From Hyalangium minutum (lineage in GTDB: Bacteria; Myxococcota; Myxococcia; Myxococcales; Myxococcaceae): DNA of 64,000 nucleotides. The position numbers were made by a program, and so were the translations under genes. The notes beneath the pieces are model-generated. The model had not been told where the DNA came from and ran no database searches. It was given only the letters and a program-made list of their open reading frames with translations. Shown piece after piece: positions 57,648 to 64,000 of the stretch; the stretch's first letter is position 1; each line of letters begins with the position of its first letter. The stretch covers positions 186,001-250,000 of the forward strand of contig NZ_JMCB01000004.1 in the NCBI RefSeq assembly GCF_000737315.1, given 5' to 3'.

Positions 57648-60600
57648 ATGACCGAGGCCGAGTTGATCGAGGACATCTACGAGCTCGCGCCCATGCAACA
57701 CGGGTTGCTCTTCCACTCGCTGCTGGAGCCCAGCGCGGGCATGTACGTGGAGCAGTTGAGCTGCGAGCTGCGGGGCAGGCTGTCGCTCGATCAATGGAAG
57801 GCGGCCTGGCAGCACGTCCTCGCGCGGCACGCCATCCTGCGCTCCTCCTTCCTCTGGGAAGGGCTCGAGAAGCCCGTCCAGGTCGTGGCGAAGGAGGCAG
57901 AGCTCCCATGGCATCTCGAGGATCTGCGAGGCGCCACCCGGGAGGAGCAGGAGCGCCGCATCGAGAGCTTCCTGAACGAGGATCGTCTCCGGGGATTCGA
58001 GCTGGCCTCCCCGCCGCTGCTCCGGTGCGCGCTGCTCCGGCTGGGCGAGGAGCACTACCGCTTCGTGTGGACCTACCACCACCTCTTGCTGGACGGGTGG
58101 TGCTTCGCGATCGTCCTCCGCGAGGTGTTGGAGTCCTTCGCGGGGGGACTCGAGTCCCTGCCGCCACCGGCGCGCCCCTACCGCGACTACATCACCTGGC
58201 TCCAGGAGCAGGATCCCACCCGCGCTGAGAGCTTCTGGCGCGAGCTCCTGCGTGGCTTCGAGCAGCCCACGCCGCTGCCCTTCATGGAGCGCCGGCAGGC
58301 CAGCAAGTCCGCCCACGGTGCGCAGCCCGAGGTCGTCAAGCACCTGCCGCGGGAGCTCACGGCTCGCCTGGCCACGTTCGCCAAGGAGCATCGGCTGACG
58401 CTCAACACGCTCGTCCAGGGCGCCTGGGGGCTCCTCCTGGGGCGGACGACGGGCACGGACGACGTCATCTTCGGTGTCACCGTCTCCGGCCGCCCCTCGG
58501 AGCTGGCCGGCTCCGAGTCCATCGTCGGGCTCTTCATCAACACCGTGCCGCTGCGGGCGCGGCTGGATGGCTCCGCGACGATCCCCGCGTTCCTGTCGGC
58601 CCTGCAGGCCCAGCAGAGCTCCTTCGAGCCCCATGTCTACGTCTCGCTCGCGGACATCCAGCTCTGGTCGGATGCACCGCATGATCGCCCGCTCTTCGAG
58701 AGCCTCCTCGTCTTCGAGAACTATCCGATCGATCGGTCGACGCTCCTCGAGCGCAGCGGTCTCGAGATCAGCTCCATCCACGCGCAGGAGCGCATCAACT
58801 ACCCTCTGGCAGTGGTCGCCATCCCCGGCGAGTCTCTCGAGCTGCGGGTGATGTACCAGGAGGACACGTTCTCGCGGGCGGCGGCCGAGCGGCTCGCACG
58901 CCTGCTCGAGACGGCGCTCGGGGCGCTCCTCACCGCGAAGACGGTCGGCGAGATCGACTTCCTGGACGAGCCGGCCCGGCGGGTGCTCGCGGAGTGGGGG
59001 CAGAACCCCCGCGTGTTCGACCATCGCGCGCCGGTGCACGAGCTCGTTGCGCTCGTGGCCCGCAGCACCCCTGGTGCGCTGGCCGTGGTGGGCGCGGACG
59101 GACAGAAGCTCACCTACCTCGAGCTCAACGAGCGCGCAGAGCGTGTCGCGCGGCGCCTCCGCCTGCTCGGCGCAGGGAGAGAGCGCATCGTCGGGGTGTG
59201 CATTGGCAGTTCCGTGGAGCGGGTGGTGGGCCTGCTGGGCGTGCTCAAGGCGGGGGCGGCCTACATGCCGCTCGATCCCAACTATCCGAGCGAGCGGCTC
59301 GCCTACCTCGTGGGCGACGCGTCCCCCACGGCGATCCTCAACGCGGGAGCGGATCCCGTCCCGGACACTCGCATCCCCCGGCTTGACGTCGCGCGAGTCT
59401 CCCTCGAGGCGGCGGCGTCCGATGCGCCCGCTCGGGACGCGTCCCACCTGGAGGATCTCGCCTACGTCATCTACACCTCCGGCTCGACTGGAGCGCCCAA
59501 GGGCGTCCTCGCCTCGCACCAGAACCTGCTCAATCTGGTCTCATGGCACACGGAGGCGTTCGGGCTCACGGCGAAGGACCGGACGACGCATCTTGCCAGC
59601 ATCGCTTTTGACGCCGCAGTCTGGGAGATCTGGCCGACGCTCGCGGCAGGCGCCACGCTTCACCTCGTCCCGCCGGAGCTGCCCGCTGCCCCTGACGAGC
59701 TCTCGCGCTGGCTGGTGGAGCGTCAGATCACGATCAGCTTCCTTCCGACGGCGGTCGCCGAGGCCGCGCTCGCGCTGCCATGGCCGGCGGATTGCTCGCT
59801 CCGCTTCATGTTGACCGGCGGCGACCGGCTCCACCTCGTGCCCCCGCCGGGTCTTCCGTTCCGGCTCGTCAACAACTACGGACCGACGGAGACGACCGTC
59901 GTCGCGACCTCCGGCATCGTCGAAGCGGAGAGCCGGAACGGCCTGCCCTCCATCGGCCGGCCGATCGCGAACGCCCGCATCTACATCCTCGACCGCATGA
60001 GGCGGCCCGTCCTCCCCGGCGTCATCGGCGAGCTGTACATCGGCGGCGCGGGTGTCACTCGAGGCTACCTGAACCGGCCCGAGCTGAGCGCCTCCCGGTT
60101 CTTCCCTGATCCCTTCTCGGACGCACCCGCGGCGCGCATGTACGCGAGCGGAGATCTCGCGCAGTTCCGCGCGGATGGGACCCTCGCGTTCCACGGCCGT
60201 GTGGACCGTCAGGTCCAGGTGCGAGGTGTCCGCGTGGAGCCCGGGGAGATCGAGGCCGTCCTGGCCGAGTACCCGGGCGTCAGCGCTGCCGCCGTGGTGG
60301 GGGTGGATTCACAGGGCAATGGCGACATCCGGCTGGTCGGCTTCGCGGCCTGTGCCAGTCAGAACCCGCCCGGCGCTGATGCCCTCGCGAGCTACCTGGG
60401 GGAGAAGCTGCCTGAGGTGATGGTCCCCAGACAGATCATCATCCTCAGTGAGCTCCCGCTCACGCCGAACGGCAAGGTCGACTCCGCTGCGCTCGAGGCG
60501 CGCGCACGAGAGGAGCAGGTCCACACAGAGCACATTGCCCCCAGGACTCCCCACGAGGAGATCCTCGCCGGGATCTGGAGCGCGGTGCTGGGCCAGGATC

Positions 60601-63600
60601 GGATCGGGGTCGAGGAGGACTTCTTCGCGCTGGGCGGTCACTCGCTCAAGGCGACCCAGGTCATCGCCCGCGCTCGCGAGGCCTTCGGCATCGACCTGCC
60701 GGTGCGGGCGATCTTCGAGCGAAGGACGATCGCGCTGCTGGCCGAGGCGGTCGCCGGGCATGGCGCCTCCTCGGAGCCGATCCCTCGCCTCGAGCAGTCG
60801 GGCGACGGGCCCCTGTCTCCGGGGCAGGAGAGCCTCTGGTTCATCGATGCGTTGGGCGGTAACACCGAGGCGTACAATGTGCCGCTCGTGATCCGGCTCA
60901 CCGGCACGCTCGACACCGCCGCCGTCGCCCGGGCGCTCGCGCTCCTCGTCGAGCGCCATGAGGTGCTGCGCACCACCTTCCACGAGCGCGCGGGCGTTCC
61001 CGTCCAGAGGATCGGGCCGTCTCCTGCCTCCGTGCTCTCGTCCGAGGACGTCACCCCCGAGCTCCTCGAGCGGCGGATCTCCGAGGAGATCACCACGCCC
61101 TTCTCGCTGACGACGGGGCCGTTGTTCCGGGCCCGGCTCTTCCGGCAGGCGCCCGACACGCACACCCTCGTCATCAACCAGCACCACATCATCGTGGATG
61201 CCTGGTCGGTCAGTGTCCTGCTCCGCGAGTTCTGCATCGCATACGCCGCGTTCGCGAGCGGCGAGCGGCCGGAGCTGCCGGAGCTGCCGAACCGCTACAC
61301 CGACTGGGTCGCCTGGCAGAACCAGCGCCTCGTGGCCGGCCGGCTCGAGGAGGGCCTTGCCTACTGGAGACAGACCCTGAAGGGTGCTCCCCAGGTGCTC
61401 ACGCTCCCGGGAGATCGTCCTCGCCCCACACGCCAGAGCTTCCGTGGGAAGACCCTGTCCTTCGCCCTCGAGGGCTCGATCGGCCGCCGCCTCGAGGCGC
61501 TCTCCCGAGGCTCGGGCGCATCGCTGTTCATGACGCTCCTCAGCGCCTTCGCTGCATACCTCGGCCGGCTCAGCGGCCAGGATGAGATCGTGATTGGCTC
61601 GCCCACGGCCAACCGGGACCGGCGCGAGACGGAGGGCATGGTCGGCTACTTCCTCAACACGATCGCTCTCCGCATCGATCTCTCCGAAGATCCGCCCTTC
61701 ACGGAACTCCTCCAGCGCGTGCGCAAGGCGGCGCTCGACGGCTATTCGTACCAGGACATCCCCTTCGAGAAGGTGGTCGCGGCGCTCGAGCTGCCTCGAG
61801 CCCTGTCGCACAACCCCTTGTTCCAGGTGATGTTCTCCCTCCAGGGACAGAGCGGAGGCGAGATCCAGCTTCCGGGAGTCCGCGCCACCCTGCCCACCAC
61901 CGAGAGCCCGACGTCGAAGTTCGATCTCACGCTCTTCGTCGAGCCTCGGGAGGACTCCTTCGCGTGCCTCCTCGAGTACAACACCGACATCTTCGACGAG
62001 GATCGGATCCGCCGGATGGCCACGCACCTCGTCCGGGTGCTCGAGGCCGTGGCCGAGGAGCCTGAGCTGCGCGTCTCGGAGGTCCCCCTGCTTGCCCCCG
62101 AGGAGCGGCAACTGATCGCACAGCTCGCCCAGCCGGGGCGCCTGGACGACAGCCGGACCTTGCTGGAGCTGTTCGAGCGGCAGGTCGAGAAGACGCCCGA
62201 GGCCGCCGCGCTCGAGCACCGCGGCGACGTGAGGACCTACCGTCAGCTCAGCCAGGAGGCCGAGGCCCTCGCGGTTCGACTCGCCGCCCTGGGGGCCGGC
62301 CCGGACGTCCGGGTCGCCATCTGCCTGGAGCGTTCGATCACGGCCCTGGTCTCCGTCCTCGCGGTCCTCAAGGCCGGTGCCACGTATGTCCCGCTCGAGC
62401 CCTCCGAGCCTCCCGAGCGTCTGCAGGCCATCCTCGGGGACGCGAAGGCCCGAGTCCTCATCGCGGAGAAGAAGTACCGCGACCTGAACCTACCGCCCGG
62501 CGTCGAGTTCCTCTGGATGGATGGCGGCGGAGCCCCCGCGGTGAAGGCCCCGCGGCCCAGGACGGCGTCCCACCACCTCGCCTGCGTCCTCTACGCCTCG
62601 GGATCGGGTGGCGAGCCCAAGGGCGTCGCCATGCCGCACCGGGCGCTGCTCAACCTGACCGCCTGGCACACCGCGCAGCCCCGCCCCTTGCGGACGCTCC
62701 AGTACGGCCTGCTCAACACCGGAGCCTCGCTCCAGGAGATCTTTTCGACCTGGTGCTCGGGAGGCACGCTGGTGCTTGCCGGTGATGCGAATCGGCTCGC
62801 TCCTCGCGCGCTCGTCCAACTCCTCGAAGAGGCCCGCATCCAGCGCCTCTTCCTCCCCGCGGGAGCGCTCCACCCCCTCGCGCGTGAGGCCGTGAACACC
62901 CACCGGCCGTTGCCAGACCTGGAGGAGATCATCGCCGCGGGCGAGCAGCTCCGCATCACCGATCCGATCCGCCAATGGTTCGTGGCCAGCAAGAAGAGGC
63001 TTCGCTGCCAGTACTCCGTCGCGGAGGCCTACGTCGTCGCGGCGCATGAGCTCACCGGCAGCCCCGAGAGCTGGCCGGGGCTCCCCCCCATTGGCCGGCC
63101 GATCCCCAACACGGCCATCTACTTGCTGGATACCGACCAGCGCTCAGTCCCCGTCGGCGTCCCGGGAGAGATCTATGTCTCCGGGGCCTGCCTTGCCGAT
63201 GGCTACCTGTTGCGGCCGGAGCTCACTGCGGAGCGCTTCCTCGAGCTCAGCGTCGATCCTCCCGTGCGCGCGTTCCAGACGGGCGATCTCGGGCGGCTGC
63301 GCCGGGACGGGACGGTGGAGTTCCTCGGGCGCGCTGACGGCCAGATCCTCGTCCGCGGCATTCGCGTCGAGCCCGGTGAGGTCGAGCGTGCGCTCTGCGC
63401 TCACCCCAGCATCCTGGATGCGGTGGCTGTGGCCGCCGGAGACCCCACGCGAGCGCAACGGCTCGTCGCCTATGTCACACCCGAGACCGTGCGGATCGAC
63501 GAGCTGCCCGCGTTCCTCTCGGAGCGAGTCCCCGAGTACATGGTGCCCTCGCAGTTCGTGGCGCTCCCCGAGCTGCCCCGAACGCCGGGAGGCAAGCTGG

Positions 63601-64000
63601 ATCGCCGCGCACTCCCCGCGCCGGGGAGGGGAGAGGCCGCCACCGGGCCTCGCACGCCCATGGAGGAGCTCGTCGCCCAGGCCTTCGAGCAGGTCCTGTG
63701 GCGGAGCCCCGTGGGCCTCCACGAGGACTTCTTCCAGATCGGAGGCAACCCCCGCCTGGCGTTGCAGGCCGTCGAGCGCATCAGCGCCGCTGTGAACGCG
63801 GAGGTCCGGCTGTCGGATCTCCTCAAGAACCCTGCCGTTGCTTCCCTGAGCCGCGTGATCAGCGAGCGCCAGGGTCGCAGGGCGCCGTCTCCCGCCGGGC
63901 TCGAGCTTGCTCCGGAGAGTGCTCGCGCGGCCTTGTCGTTCGCGCAAGAGCGGCTCTGGTTCCTGGAGCAGCTCTACCCGGGCACCGCGGTGCACCATCT
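57648..64000 (+). CDS. mchC: NRPS (partial, runs off right edge): C-A(Leu)-PCP-C-A*(decayed)-PCP*(no Ser)-C...; MchC-like
   Basis: Not in the ORF track (no stop before the edge). ATG at 57648 MTEAELIEDIYELAPMQHGLLFH (DCL-type start); A3 code DAWFLGNVVK (Leu); PCP3 GGHSLK; C4 HHIIVD; PCP4 GGNPRL; C5 begins LSFAQERLWF in the same frame at 63933. Confidence 0.88.
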   Translation, partial: MTEAELIEDIYELAPMQHGLLFHSLLEPSAGMYVEQLSCELRGRLSLDQWKAAWQHVLARHAILRSSFLWEGLEKPVQVVAKEAELPWHLEDLRGATREEQERRIESFLNEDRLRGFELASPPLLRCALLRLGEEHYRFVWTYHHLLLDGWCFAIVLREVLESFAGGLESLPPPARPYRDYITWLQEQDPTRAESFWRELLRGFEQPTPLPFMERRQASKSAHGAQPEVVKHLPRELTARLATFAKEHRLTLNTLVQGAWGLLLGRTTGTDDVIFGVTVSGRPSELAGSESIVGLFINTVPLRARLDGSATIPAFLSALQAQQSSFEPHVYVSLADIQLWSDAPHDRPLFESLLVFENYPIDRSTLLERSGLEISSIHAQERINYPLAVVAIPGESLELRVMYQEDTFSRAAAERLARLLETALGALLTAKTVGEIDFLDEPARRVLAEWGQNPRVFDHRAPVHELVALVARSTPGALAVVGADGQKLTYLELNERAERVARRLRLLGAGRERIVGVCIGSSVERVVGLLGVLKAGAAYMPLDPNYPSERLAYLVGDASPTAILNAGADPVPDTRIPRLDVARVSLEAAASDAPARDASHLEDLAYVIYTSGSTGAPKGVLASHQNLLNLVSWHTEAFGLTAKDRTTHLASIAFDAAVWEIWPTLAAGATLHLVPPELPAAPDELSRWLVERQITISFLPTAVAEAALALPWPADCSLRFMLTGGDRLHLVPPPGLPFRLVNNYGPTETTVVATSGIVEAESRNGLPSIGRPIANARIYILDRMRRPVLPGVIGELYIGGAGVTRGYLNRPELSASRFFPDPFSDAPAARMYASGDLAQFRADGTLAFHGRVDRQVQVRGVRVEPGEIEAVLAEYPGVSAAAVVGVDSQGNGDIRLVGFAACASQNPPGADALASYLGEKLPEVMVPRQIIILSELPLTPNGKVDSAALEARAREEQVHTEHIAPRTPHEEILAGIWSAVLGQDRIGVEEDFFALGGHSLKATQVIARAREAFGIDLPVRAIFERRTIALLAEAVAGHGASSEPIPRLEQSGDGPLSPGQESLWFIDALGGNTEAYNVPLVIRLTGTLDTAAVARALALLVERHEVLRTTFHERAGVPVQRIGPSPASVLSSEDVTPELLERRISEEITTPFSLTTGPLFRARLFRQAPDTHTLVINQHHIIVDAWSVSVLLREFCIAYAAFASGERPELPELPNRYTDWVAWQNQRLVAGRLEEGLAYWRQTLKGAPQVLTLPGDRPRPTRQSFRGKTLSFALEGSIGRRLEALSRGSGASLFMTLLSAFAAYLGRLSGQDEIVIGSPTANRDRRETEGMVGYFLNTIALRIDLSEDPPFTELLQRVRKAALDGYSYQDIPFEKVVAALELPRALSHNPLFQVMFSLQGQSGGEIQLPGVRATLPTTESPTSKFDLTLFVEPREDSFACLLEYNTDIFDEDRIRRMATHLVRVLEAVAEEPELRVSEVPLLAPEERQLIAQLAQPGRLDDSRTLLELFERQVEKTPEAAALEHRGDVRTYRQLSQEAEALAVRLAALGAGPDVRVAICLERSITALVSVLAVLKAGATYVPLEPSEPPERLQAILGDAKARVLIAEKKYRDLNLPPGVEFLWMDGGGAPAVKAPRPRTASHHLACVLYASGSGGEPKGVAMPHRALLNLTAWHTAQPRPLRTLQYGLLNTGASLQEIFSTWCSGGTLVLAGDANRLAPRALVQLLEEARIQRLFLPAGALHPLAREAVNTHRPLPDLEEIIAAGEQLRITDPIRQWFVASKKRLRCQYSVAEAYVVAAHELTGSPESWPGLPPIGRPIPNTAIYLLDTDQRSVPVGVPGEIYVSGACLADGYLLRPELTAERFLELSVDPPVRAFQTGDLGRLRRDGTVEFLGRADGQILVRGIRVEPGEVERALCAHPSILDAVAVAAGDPTRAQRLVAYVTPETVRIDELPAFLSERVPEYMVPSQFVALPELPRTPGGKLDRRALPAPGRGEAATGPRTPMEELVAQAFEQVLWRSPVGLHEDFFQIGGNPRLALQAVERISAAVNAEVRLSDLLKNPAVASLSRVISERQGRRAPSPAGLELAPESARAALSFAQERLWFLEQLYPGTAVHH

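Noticed and set aside
57648-60750. Assigning the cluster as S-type myxochromide because of the PCP4 Ser->Pro change
   Set aside because: A3 matches the canonical Leu code and the E catalytic residues are present, which fits Ala-Leu (D-type-like) better. Not excluded without product analysis.

Overview
High-GC myxobacterial (Cystobacterineae/Archangiaceae-like) chromosomal window. 1-41.5 kb is mostly core and accessory genes. In order: a large secreted Ig-repeat/choice-of-anchor-A lipoprotein cut by the left edge; pdxJ-acpS-nnr-tsaE; a hutU-lipoprotein-hutI-amidotransferase block; a chemosensory operon with no cheB (RR, GAF-CheD fusion, RR, CheA, MCP, CheW, CheR); a lipoprotein/protease islet containing a deletion pseudogene; an FdhF/YdeP molybdoenzyme; a BON protein; a beta-CASP hydrolase; a divergent XRE/probable pseudokinase pair; Nudix; ftsH, a stand-alone sigma70 region-1.1 protein, grpE and degP; two tandem membrane-anchored beta-sandwich paralogs; PilZ; a Glu/Leu/Phe/Val dehydrogenase; and tRNA-Thr(CGT). 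From about 42 kb to the right edge is a PKS-NRPS cluster with myxochromide (mchABC) architecture: an iterative KS-AT-DH-ER*-KR-ACP PKS, NRPS C-A(Thr)-NMT-PCP-C-A-PCP-E, then NRPS C-A(Leu)-PCP-C-A*(decayed Pro)-PCP*(Ser->Pro)-C..., so module 4 is predicted dead and skipped. Domain calls and specificity codes were read by eye from the translations; no searches were run.
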